Positions 29,300 to 46,652 of a stretch of DNA of 64,000 nucleotides are shown one piece after another; positions within the stretch are counted from its first letter, which is position 1; every line of letters starts with the position of its first letter. The stretch lies in NCBI GenBank assembly GCA_963748975.1, contig CAVVKX010000032.1, forward strand, positions 7,860 through 71,859, in the 5' to 3' direction. This stretch comes from an uncultured Parachlamydiaceae bacterium (lineage in GTDB: Bacteria; Chlamydiota; Chlamydiia; Chlamydiales; Parachlamydiaceae). Below the pieces are notes generated by a model that saw nothing but the letters and a program-made list of their open reading frames with translations, was not told where the DNA came from and did not search any database. The position numbers and the translations under genes are program-made.

Positions 29300-30256
29300 C
29301 TATTTTTTCGTGATAGGTCTGAGTTGAACAATATGGAATTTCTTGCCTTCGACAACAAATTCAATTTCAACAGGAGCATTAAAATGGTTTTCTAATTCTT
29401 TCATGAGCGAAGCTATTTCTTTAATGCCATCCCTTTTTACAACGACGGACGAAAAAATCCCCGCAGCAGAGCTCTTAGCTTGATCTTCAAGGCTAAAAGA
29501 AGATCTAACAATAAAAACTAAATCAGATAACTCTACATCTTCTTTTATCTTCGCATTGGCTTTTATTTGAGAAATCAAAGCACTCATTTGAGCTTTTATC
29601 AAAGACTCGTCTATTGTGTTCGCAACCTCTGCAGCCAATAGCGCTACATCTTTATTACGAGTGTAGATTCCTTTATATAGTGTTTGATCTTGAGGAGACA
29701 AAATTTGTTGAACAGGTAATGTCTCATTCTTAAAAAAATAAAAGGCTACCGCTTTCAATGGTTCATAAATTGATTTAGGCAGGGGGGTATGAGTCAACAA
29801 CTTGATCAACTGATCTGGATTAGTACAGTCAGCAAAAAGGGGGACTTTCGCTTGTGAGTTTGCGCTTAGGGAAAGCTGCAAATGCACACATTGACGGGCA
29901 ACAAATTTCTGGATAATTGAATGATTTAAGAGGTGCTGATTTTCATAAATAAAATTAACTAAGGTATCTAAATAATGACTCCAAGGGATGTCAATTTTAT
30001 TGAGTCTTTGAGTGATTAAGGGGTGTTTCAGAATTTGTTTTAGTTTGATTTGATTTTCTGCATTTCTTCCAATCAATTCGCAAAGGTCCTTTAAAAAATC
30101 TCCATCCCATTTCTGAACCGCAACTTTTTCTACTTCATCTAACTGAAATACTTTTTCTGTAGGCTGTATTTCTTGAAGTTTTGGTGATGCAACCCCCATT
30201 CCTATAAAAGTGTTATTAGACAATGGAATTTTGTGAAAATTAGTATTTACAGACAT
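29300..30256 (-). CDS. Hypothetical protein ending in an internally deleted PEP-synthase/PPDK nucleotide-binding domain
   Basis: VRSSFSLED...SAAGIFSS is followed after only ~15 aa by ELENHFNAPVEIEFVV...IVQLRPIT. Confidence 0.65.
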   Translation of the reverse strand: MSVNTNFHKIPLSNNTFIGMGVASPKLQEIQPTEKVFQLDEVEKVAVQKWDGDFLKDLCELIGRNAENQIKLKQILKHPLITQRLNKIDIPWSHYLDTLVNFIYENQHLLNHSIIQKFVARQCVHLQLSLSANSQAKVPLFADCTNPDQLIKLLTHTPLPKSIYEPLKAVAFYFFKNETLPVQQILSPQDQTLYKGIYTRNKDVALLAAEVANTIDESLIKAQMSALISQIKANAKIKEDVELSDLVFIVRSSFSLEDQAKSSAAGIFSSVVVKRDGIKEIASLMKELENHFNAPVEIEFVVEGKKFHIVQLRPITKK

Positions 30257-30295
30257 GAATAACCTAATAAATTAAAATATTAATTTTATTAAAAA

Positions 30296-30971
30296 TAGTA
30301 TTTTTTCAATAATTAAATGAAAGAAAGAGACGAAAAAGACAAAAAAGACGCAATTAACTCGTCCTTTTTGTCCTTTGATTTGTTTCTAAGCGGTAACTTC
30401 GGCAGTTTCGTCTTCAAAGTCGAACAGAAGTTCTTCTTCATGTTCCTTATCCACGAATTTCTTGACACGCTTGTGATATTCAAAGCCCGTTCCACCAGGG
30501 ATGATATGTCCCATGATGACGTTTTCTTTAAAGCCCATCAAGAAGTCTGTTTTACCTGCACAAGCTGCCTCTGTTAAAACGCGCGTTGTGTCTTGGAAAG
30601 AAGCTGCGGAGATGAACGATTCTGTGCTCAAAGAAGCTTTGGTAATACCAAGTAACACAGGTGTCCCCTGGCCAGCCTTACCACCCTCTTTGATTACTTT
30701 TACGTTTTCTTGCTCAAATTCGCGTTTATCCACTTCTTCACCGAACAGCATACTGGTATCACCCGGATCGATGACACGTACTTTCTTCAGCATTTGACGC
30801 ACGATGATTTCGATGTGCTTATCGTTAATGTCCACACCTTGCAGACGGTAAACTTCTTGAACCTGATTAACAAGGTATTTCTGTAACTCACGCACACCGC
30901 AAACTTCAAGGATTTCATGCGGGATTACAATACCATCCGTCAACTGTTGACCCTTAATGACGTGATCTCCA
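30296..30971. repeat. Direct repeat copy A: rpoC 3' end plus terminator
   Basis: 676 bp identical to 32809-33484 (offset 2513) except 6 substitutions. Confidence 0.97.
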
Positions 30972-30976
30972 TGCAC
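30386..30976 (-). pseudogene. rpoC: Orphan rpoC 3' fragment (last ~194 codons of beta')
   Basis: Protein identical to the C-terminus of 32899-35061 except one L/F; only a GTG start with no clear RBS. Confidence 0.9.
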
Positions 30977-31084
30977 ACAAATATCATGAATTAATTGGTG
31001 TCAAAATATTAGGTATTTGCTATGGTCGCTTGTCTGAGCGTGGAATACTAATTTTTTTAGCAATTAAGACTGAAGGGTGTATAT

Positions 31085-31966
31085 ATGATTCAGAAAGTCT
31101 ACAGTTGGCAAGATGTCATTGCCAAGGTAAAAGAAGAACATCCAGGAGTAAATCAGAGTTCGTTTAAATTTAAACACCTCCTTGCAACTGAAGCTGAAAT
31201 TCACAATTTATCCTGGAACCTAACTAACCAACTGGCTCATTATGTTGGTATTAAATTATACCCAAGGCCAAACGGTCTTCCAGAAACGTGGCCCATCACC
31301 CTTTGTAAAAGTTATCTCGCTCAAAAATATATCAATCCTTTGGATCCTAGTGAATGGCTTGTCGTCATGCACCCTGATGCCTTGGGTTGTTTGCCCTACC
31401 TCATTCATCGCACACCACTAGGTTTTGCGGATGCAAGATGGTTTTACGAAATTGTGCCTGAACTAGCCAACATTGTGAAGGATCCAACGATCGGTCACCC
31501 TTTTAGTATGACTTTCAATGAAGCTGTGAACCAAAAATTTGCTTCTCAACGCAATGGCCGAGGAATGACACCAGGTCAAATCCAAACCATCAATTTGTTT
31601 TTTCAACAGTATGTTCCCGGGTTAGAAGGTGTTTGCTCTACATGCTTTAAAGTGATGCTCCCTATGTCTGGAGCCGGAGAACGTTGGATACATAATGGCC
31701 AAAATGAGAAAACCTATGAAGTCAGGTTGAGTGCTGCAAAACCAATGGGAAAGAACGCACAGCGGACGGAGTATGTTTCTCAAACAATCATTGATCAAAA
31801 TCAAAATCCAGCTAGAAAATACGCCCTATGGGACACCAAAAATTGTCGTGTGGGATACACAAATAATATGAAGCAGGAGGCGACGCATATTCCTTGGGAA
31901 ATATATGATTATAATAAATTCAATGTAGATATGCCCATATGCTTATGCAAACAGGAAAAAAGATGA
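31085..31966 (+). CDS. Unknown 293-aa protein, candidate toxin or effector of the rpoC-flanked cassette
   Basis: ATG after GAAGGGTG; stop overlaps the next start (ATGA); no recognisable domain; a CxxC and a C-terminal CLC. Confidence 0.8.
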   Translation: MIQKVYSWQDVIAKVKEEHPGVNQSSFKFKHLLATEAEIHNLSWNLTNQLAHYVGIKLYPRPNGLPETWPITLCKSYLAQKYINPLDPSEWLVVMHPDALGCLPYLIHRTPLGFADARWFYEIVPELANIVKDPTIGHPFSMTFNEAVNQKFASQRNGRGMTPGQIQTINLFFQQYVPGLEGVCSTCFKVMLPMSGAGERWIHNGQNEKTYEVRLSAAKPMGKNAQRTEYVSQTIIDQNQNPARKYALWDTKNCRVGYTNNMKQEATHIPWEIYDYNKFNVDMPICLCKQEKR

Positions 31967-32361
31967 AAATTCAAGCTTTGATCAATATTATTCAAGATAT
32001 GCTGCTTAACTCGATAGGAGTCTTAAAAGATGAAGAATTCCAAAGAGATATTTGGTTTAGGAGAAATGGCCCTGAAGTAAGCACATATATAGATACAGCC
32101 TGTCATTTTTTTGACACATCCGCATCTATTTTTAAAGATCCAAGCTGTGTTGATTATCTGGGAGAGGAAATTTACTCCAAGCTTAAGAAACTACATGATC
32201 TCCTTAAAGATCACGTCCATCTTACTGAGGATAGAATTTCTGTCGATGAGCTCGAAGAAGATGATCTCTTGAACGACCCTAATTGGCACGATATTCAGGC
32301 ACTTTCTGAAGATGTATACAATAAATTAACAGAATTTATTAAGAGGCATAGCAATGAGTAA
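31963..32361 (+). CDS. Small acidic helical protein, candidate immunity protein 1
   Basis: ATGA overlap at 31963 after AGGA; motifs LKDEEFQRDIW and LLNDPNWHDIQ. Confidence 0.8.
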   Translation: MKIQALINIIQDMLLNSIGVLKDEEFQRDIWFRRNGPEVSTYIDTACHFFDTSASIFKDPSCVDYLGEEIYSKLKKLHDLLKDHVHLTEDRISVDELEEDDLLNDPNWHDIQALSEDVYNKLTEFIKRHSNE

Positions 32362-32725
32362 TTTGCGAACAAATTTTGATGAATATCTAAGAACTTTTTT
32401 TGACGGAGAAATCTATTTTTTAGCAAGTCCGGATTTGCAGCGCGAAACTTGGCAGAATGCTCAAGGTGAACAATTTGCCATTCGCTTGCTTATCTCATTT
32501 GAAAGTTGGACGGTGATTAAAAACAATCGCAATAAATTTAAGTTGTCTGTTCATCAATTTGCCCAAACAGAAAAATTGTTTGAAATGCTTGAGACATTCC
32601 AAGCTGCGCATGATTATCCCATAAATCCACGACAATATGCATCATTGTTAACTAATCCTGAATGGAAAAAGATTCAGAAGTATGCTATGGAAATTTATAA
32701 TAGTATCTCCTCGTCGATTGTTTAG
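32354..32725 (+). CDS. Small helical protein, diverged paralog of the preceding gene, candidate immunity protein 2
   Basis: Overlapping start after GAGG; motifs LASPDLQRETW and LLTNPEWKKIQ align with the upstream gene. Confidence 0.8.
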   Translation: MSNLRTNFDEYLRTFFDGEIYFLASPDLQRETWQNAQGEQFAIRLLISFESWTVIKNNRNKFKLSVHQFAQTEKLFEMLETFQAAHDYPINPRQYASLLTNPEWKKIQKYAMEIYNSISSSIV

Positions 32726-32846
32726 CTTTGGAACAAAATAGCCGATAAACACTGTGTCGGATCCCCAGTTTGACTTGATCTTCTGACCATAATAAATTAA
32801 TAAATAATTAGTATTTTTTCAATTATTAAATGAAAGAAAGAGACGA

Positions 32847-32889
32847 AAAAGACAAAAAAGACGCAATTAACTCGTCCTTTTTGTCCTTT
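32847..32889 (-). terminator. rpoC terminator hairpin (duplicated at 30334-30376)
   Basis: AAAGGACAAAAAGGACG...CGTCTTTTTTGTCTTTT stem followed by a U-rich tail just after the stop codon. Confidence 0.65.
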
Positions 32890-32898
32890 GAGTTGTTT

Positions 32899-37118
<4,220 letters not shown>

Positions 37119-37135
37119 TTATGTACCTACATTAA

Positions 37136-40905
<3,770 letters not shown>

Positions 40906-41408
40906 TATGAAGGACTCCCTGTGTAACTTAACTTAATTGTTTGGATAATAGGTTTCGAATCAAGTCTTGATCTATTGCGAAAGGATAAGAATTTTTCGCA
41001 GATCTGCTTATCGATTTTATGAGATCCGTATTGCCTTTTCTTGAGGTAATAAAACCATACTTTAAACGCGAAAAGACAGAAGGGATAACATAAAAACCAG
41101 GCAAGCCTGCGAAATGATTGTTGCAAATTCGTAATGAATAATTAATTGAAGATACATACTTCAATAGTTTAATTATATCACAAGATATGATTTTTTGCCA
41201 ATACAACAATGTATCTGCTCCTAAAGTCAAGAATCGATTCGACACCAAAAAGCCAAACTAACAAACAAATAGCCAGGACTGAAAGCCAAGATAGGAAAAT
41301 AGACAATAGCCAGAAGTTGGGATTCATTGGGCAGAATGGCTGACCAAATTATCCCTAACCTCTGACTTATCTATTCTTTTAGCCTATCACCGAATAGCTT
41401 TCCTTAAA

Positions 41409-41800
41409 TTAAAGTCCTTTTAGGGTGACTTTAGCGCCAGCAGTTTCAAGCTTTTTCTTAATTTCTTCAGCTTCAGCTTTAGGGGCTGTCTCTTTGACAA
41501 CTTTTGGTGCGCCATCTACTAGTTCTTTAGCTTCTTTCAAGCCAAGACCTGTAATTTCGCGCACGACTTTAATGATGCCGATTTTCTTATCTGTGGCGCT
41601 TCTGCCAAAGTGACTTGGAAGTCAGTGGCTTCAGCAGCAGCAGCCGCAGGAGCTGCACCAGCAGCAGGAGCCGCCATCGCGACAGTCGCGGCTGCAGCTT
41701 TAACGCCCCACTTTTCCTCTAGCATCGTTTTCAACTCAGACATTTCTAAAACGCTCAATTCGCTGAGTGCATCGACTAAATCTTCTGTTTTTTTACTCAC
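41409..41800 (-). CDS. rplL: 50S ribosomal protein L7/L12 (one frameshift)
   Basis: LSVLEMSEL...EEKWGV; second frame gives [17 protein letters not shown]. Confidence 0.95.
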
Positions 41801-41851
41801 AGTATTACCTCTTTAATTTCTAAAAAACTTTCTGTTAATGGTATTTTAATA

Positions 41852-42371
41852 TTAGCTGCCTTGCTTGCTTTTGTTATCCAAACAGTAAACAACGCTTGAT
41901 AACACGGCATCCATGACTGCCAATGTTTGTGCCATTGGTGCTTGAAGGACGCTAAGCAATTGTGCACGCATTTCATCTTTACTTGGCAGTTTTGATAGTG
42001 TTTCCATTTCAGCTGCATTATATAGTTGCCCTTCGAACCGGCCGCCGATCACTTCCATAGCCTTGTCACTTTCTTGGCTGAATTTGAAAACAAACTTAGT
42101 TGTTTCAAAAGGATCGTTTCCTGCAAAGACTAAGGCCGATATGCCCATCTAATGCATTCCGGATCAATTTTTATGCCAGCGGCTTGAGCTGCCTTCACTA
42201 AAATACGCTTGCGAACGACTTCAACAGCACCACCCATCTTGGCAAATATCTCCACGAAACTCATTGGCTTTATTAGCTGTTAGGCCTTTATAGCGCATAA
42301 TAAGAAAGGAATCGTTCTTACTTTATCTGACCTTTGATTTCATCTAGAAGGAGTTGTTTTTCTTGTCTCAT
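41852..42371 (-). CDS. rplJ: 50S ribosomal protein L10 (frameshifted)
   Basis: MRQEKQLLLDEI start, LSKLPSKDEMRAQ, position in the operon. Confidence 0.92.
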
Positions 42372-42392
42372 GATACGCTCCTTTAAGCTTAC

Positions 42393-43085
42393 TCAATTGT
42401 CGCGCAGATCGATTTTAAAGCCAGGACCCATCGTTGATGAAAGATAAGCGACTTCAATAAATTGTCCTTTTGCAGTAGCTGGTTTGGACTTTTGCACAGC
42501 ATGCAAAAAGGCCATAATGTTTTCTTCAAGTTTATCGTGCGCAAAAGAAGTTTGCCTAGCCGCATTGTTAATCACACCATGGCGATCGAGTTTAAACTCA
42601 ATTTTACCACCTTTGAGTTCCTGAATTGCTTTTGCAATATCAGTGGTCACTGTGCCGGCTTTTGGTGTGGGCATCAAACCTCGAGGACCGAGAACTTTAC
42701 CCAATTTACCCACTTCGCGCATCATGTCTGGTGTGGCAATAACAGCATCAAAGTCTGTCCAACCCCCGTTAACTTTTTCCAAAAGTTCATCGTTGCCTGC
42801 ATAGTCGGCACCAGCAGCTAAGGCTTCCTTGGACTTTATCGCCTCTAGCAAAGACGAGAATTACTATCGTTTTTCCTGTACCATTCGGTAATGATACAGT
42901 TCCGCGGACTTGCTGGTCCGTTCTACGAGGGTCAACGCCAATTTTTAAAGAAACATCCACCGACTGGTCAAATTTGACAGGTGGACATTTCTTTAAAATA
43001 TCGATAGCTTCTTTAACTGAATAGGTCTTATGTGACATCTACCAGTCTTGGCTATCTCCCGAATTCTTTTACTTTGGCGACCCAT
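42393..43085 (-). CDS. rplA: 50S ribosomal protein L1 (frameshifted)
   Basis: [36 protein letters not shown]. Confidence 0.95.
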
Positions 43086-43099
43086 ATTTTTATTTTTTC

Positions 43100-43533
43100 T
43101 CTTTACTCATGCTAACGAGATTCAATCCCATAGGAACGTGCAGTACCTAGCACGATATTGGCAGCAGCTTCCAGATCGCGGCATTCATATCTTGCATTTT
43201 ATCTTCTGCAATTTTTCGTGCTTGATCTCTAGTGATTTTGCCGACTTTATCGCGGTTAGGAACAGCCGAACCTTTTTCAACACCTGTTGCTTTTTTCAAC
43301 ATTTCTGCAACAGGAGGCTTTTTTATATAAATGTGAAGACTTTTATCTGCATACACAGTAATGACAACAGGAAAATATCTCCTGCCATTGCTCTGTGTTT
43401 TTGCATTAAATTCCTTGCAGAAAGCCATAATATTCACCCCGGCGGAGCCTAAAGCGGGACCGATGGGCGGAGCTGGATTAGCTTTTCCTGCAGGAATTTG
43501 CAATTTTATAATTTTAAGAACTTTTTTTGACAT
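43100..43533 (-). CDS. rplK: 50S ribosomal protein L11 (frameshifted; 3' end approximate)
   Basis: [21 protein letters not shown]...FCKEFNA. Confidence 0.95.
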
Positions 43534-43614
43534 AGTTTCCTTCTTTATTTAGGGATCAAACACTGAAGACATTAAAACATTTTAATCTTCCAGCCTTTGA
43601 CCGCCTGATAAACT

Positions 43615-44163
43615 TTAAGTAGCTTCCGCTTCCTCGTTAATTTCTTCAACCTGCATAAATTCCAGGTCATCCACACGTGTATCACGACCAAAAATAGAGA
43701 CTAGAACACTAAACGTCCTTTATCGTGGAAAACTTCTGTAACAGTTCCAATAAAATTAATGAAAACACCATCGATAATTTTGACATGGTCGCCTACTTCG
43801 AATTTATGTCTTTGCGTCACTTTTTGTTTCTTATCTTCAAGATCCCTCAGGATTTCCTCAACTTCAGCATCTGACAATGCTGTGGGCTTATCCCCCCCTA
43901 AGAAATCAATCACTCCCGGGGTATGCTTTTAATATAATGCCAAGACTCATCATTTAAGGTCATTTTAACCAGCAAATATCCTGGCCAAAGCCGCTTTTCA
44001 ACAATTTTTGCTGACCCTTTTTTACTTCCGATACATTTTCAATGGGTAGCAGGACTTTTTCGATGACATCGCCCATTCCCTTGAGGTCACGATGTTCTTC
44101 AAGCGCTTTTTTAACTTTTTTTTCATGTGTTGACAATACCTGTACAACATACCACTTATGCAT
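43615..44163 (-). CDS. nusG: Transcription termination/antitermination factor NusG (frameshifted)
   Basis: MHKWYVVQV start, KOW motif FEVGDHVKIIDG, IFGRDTRVDDLEF end. Confidence 0.93.
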
Positions 44164-44195
44164 TCATTCACCATCATTAATATTAGCCGATGTTC

Positions 44196-44467
44196 TCAAA
44201 CTACTAAACGTAGAGCAGACTCTAAAATCCAAAGACTTGCTTGTATAATTAAGTCCATGAAATAAATCCCCATGCCGCAAAAAAACGTTGCACCTACAAC
44301 AATTTTTGTATAGGTTTTAAGTTCGTCCGGACTGGTCCAGTTTATGCGTTTAAGTTCAGCTTTAATTTCGCCAACAAAATCCGCTACTTGCAACTTCCTT
44401 CGGTCGGTCGCTGCATCTTTATTTTAGGTGCAGGGTGAGCACTCTGTTGGTTCTTCTTTAATTCCAT
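44196..44467 (-). CDS. secE: Preprotein translocase SecE (5' frameshift)
   Basis: ELKRINWTSPDEL plus a TM helix, between tRNA-Trp and nusG. Confidence 0.9.
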
Positions 44468-44538
44468 TGCTTTAACTTCCACTACCACGTTTTCACCTCG
44501 CATCGATTTTTGTGACCACTACCGATTCTTCGAGCCAT

Positions 44539-44611
44539 CGAGTGCGGAGGGATTCGAACCCCCGACCGGCGGCTTTGGAGACCGCTGCTCTACCAGCTGA
44601 GCTACACACCC
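44539..44611 (-). tRNA. trnW: tRNA-Trp (CCA)
   Basis: Cloverleaf GGGTGTG...GCGGT-CTCCAAA-GCCGC...GGTTCGAATCC. Confidence 0.95.
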
Positions 44612-44684
44612 TTGATATTAAGGGTAAAGTGTCAAGAGATCGATAAGCATTTTACTTAAAGCCTTCACACTTTACCATTATACC

Positions 44685-45870
44685 TTACTTAATGATCTCG
44701 GATACTGTTCCCGCACCGATCGTATGTCCCCCTTCACGGATTGCAAAACGCATCCCTTTTTCCATGGCGACAGGAGCTATAAGTTTTACTACAATTTCCA
44801 CATTGTCGCCAGGCATCACCATTTCTATGCCTGCAGGTAGTTCGATAGTACCTGTGACGTCTGTAGTACGGAAATAAAACTGTGGACGGTAGCCAGTAAA
44901 GAAAGGTTTATTACGTCCCCCTTCTTCTTTTGTCAAAACATACATAGGCCCTTTAAACTCAGTATGAGGTGTGCATGTGCCTGGAGCTGCTAGAACCATA
45001 CCTCTTTCAATATCAGTCTTTTCAAGACCACGTAGCAAGAGACCGACGTTTTCACCAGCTCGTGCTTCATCCATGGACTTGTTGAACATTTCAATACCAG
45101 TCGCTACTGTTTCACTTGTTTCGCCTAAACCTACGAGTTGCAACTTATCGTTTAATTTAACAATACCACGTTCCACACGACCTGTCGCTACAGTTCCACG
45201 ACCTGAAATGGAGAATACGTCTTCAATCGGCATTAAGAAAGGTTTGTCGATTTCACGTGTAGGAGTTGGAATTTTTTCATCCACAGTCTTCATCAATTGT
45301 TTAATCGCTTCGACGTACTTTGGATCGCCTTCAAGGGCTTTCAAGGCAGAACCTCTAATGATTGGCACATCTTTATAGCCTTTCGATTCGAGAAATTCAT
45401 GCAATTCCATTTCGACGAGATCAAGAAGTTCTTGGTCGCTTTCGCCAAGCATATCCACTTTGTTGAGGAATACGACGATAGCCGGGACTTGCATCTGACG
45501 AGCCAAGAAGAATGTGTTCGCGTGTTTGAGGCATTGCACCATCAGTCGCGGCAACAACGAGAATAGCTCCGTCCATTTGAGCAGCACCTGTGATCATGTT
45601 TTTTACGTAGTCAGCGTGACCTGGGCAGTCGACGTGAGCATAATGACGGTTATCGGTTTCATATTCAACGTGCGTGGAGTTGATCGTAATACCGCGCGCT
45701 TTTTCTTCAGGGGTATTGTCGATCGAAGCGTAATCTCTAAAGTTGGCTCCGCCTTGTTCAGCCAGAATTTTGGTAATTGCTGCTGTTAATGTTGTTTTGC
45801 CATGGTCGACGTGTCCAATAGTGCCCACATTGACATGGGGCTTTTTACGTTGAAATGCTTCTTTTGCCAT
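44685..45870 (-). CDS. tuf: Elongation factor Tu (frameshift at ~45480-45510)
   Basis: [31 protein letters not shown]. Confidence 0.97.
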
Positions 45871-45924
45871 TTTAATTCCTCCGTTAAACTCCAGTATAAT
45901 TTTAGTTATTTAAATATCTTTTTT

Positions 45925-45996
45925 TGCCCAGAATAGGAATTGAACCTTCGACCGCTTGCTTACCATGCAAGTGCTCTACCACTGAGCTATCTGGGC
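45925..45996 (-). tRNA. trnT: tRNA-Thr (GGT)
   Basis: Cloverleaf GCCCAGA...CTTGC-ATGGTAA-GCAAG...GGTTCAATTCC. Confidence 0.95.
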
Positions 45997-46199
45997 AAGC
46001 TATTTTGCTTACAAACTCAAAAGCTTGCTAGTTTAGTCTTTTTATATAAAAAGATCAACACTAATTGTGTTTTTTTTCCTTCTCTTCAAAAGCTTTGAAT
46101 AAAATAGGTGTAATATGGCCCAATGACTTAGTTAATATTCACTCTAAAAAAGTAAAAATAACGTAAATGAAATGACCATATGATCAAATATTTTTTCCT

Positions 46200-46418
46200 T
46201 CATCTTTGGCGGAATATAATCCGCGCTTTAGTTAAATCGTAGGGAGACATTTCGACAGTTACTACGTCTCCAACCAACACACGGATATTTTTCATTCTCA
46301 TCTTTCCGCAAAGATGAGCAATAACTTTCAATCCATTTTGTAATGACACACGAAATGTCATATTGGGTAACAACTCTTCGACGGTCCCATCCAATTTTAT
46401 AGTATCTTCTTTTGCCAT
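46200..46418 (-). CDS. infA: Translation initiation factor IF-1
   Basis: MAKEDTI...LPNMTFRV...GKMR...[10 protein letters not shown]. Confidence 0.97.
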   Translation of the reverse strand: MAKEDTIKLDGTVEELLPNMTFRVSLQNGLKVIAHLCGKMRMKNIRVLVGDVVTVEMSPYDLTKARIIFRQR

Positions 46419-46475
46419 GCTTTCTTGCGTTATGTTCTTGTGAAGGAATAAAAAACGATTTTATTAGTGTATAAT

Positions 46476-46503
46476 AAAATATCACATTTTTCTTAAATGT
46501 CAA
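46476..46503 (-). promoter_or_regulatory. Putative sigma-66/70 promoter of infA
   Basis: TTGACA-16 nt-TATTTT with an extended -10 TG on the minus strand. Confidence 0.45.
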
Positions 46504-46652
46504 GAGCTAATTTAAAAAATACTCAGCCATCGACTGTTTTTTCCCCTAAAATTATAAAAAACTTCTCAAAAATCAACAGGAATTCGTTGAATTTCAATTT
46601 GACAAATTAATACCTTATTATTATTCATCGGTATTATTTCAAAAGGAAATTT

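Noticed and set aside
30317-30797. Duplicated plus-strand ORFs (30317/32830, 30501/33014)
   Set aside because: Antisense shadows of the duplicated rpoC tail.
40928-41248. 106-aa ORF with RnpA-like words (LKYGFITSRKGN)
   Set aside because: Lacks the RNR motif and a convincing start; more likely the non-coding rpoB leader.
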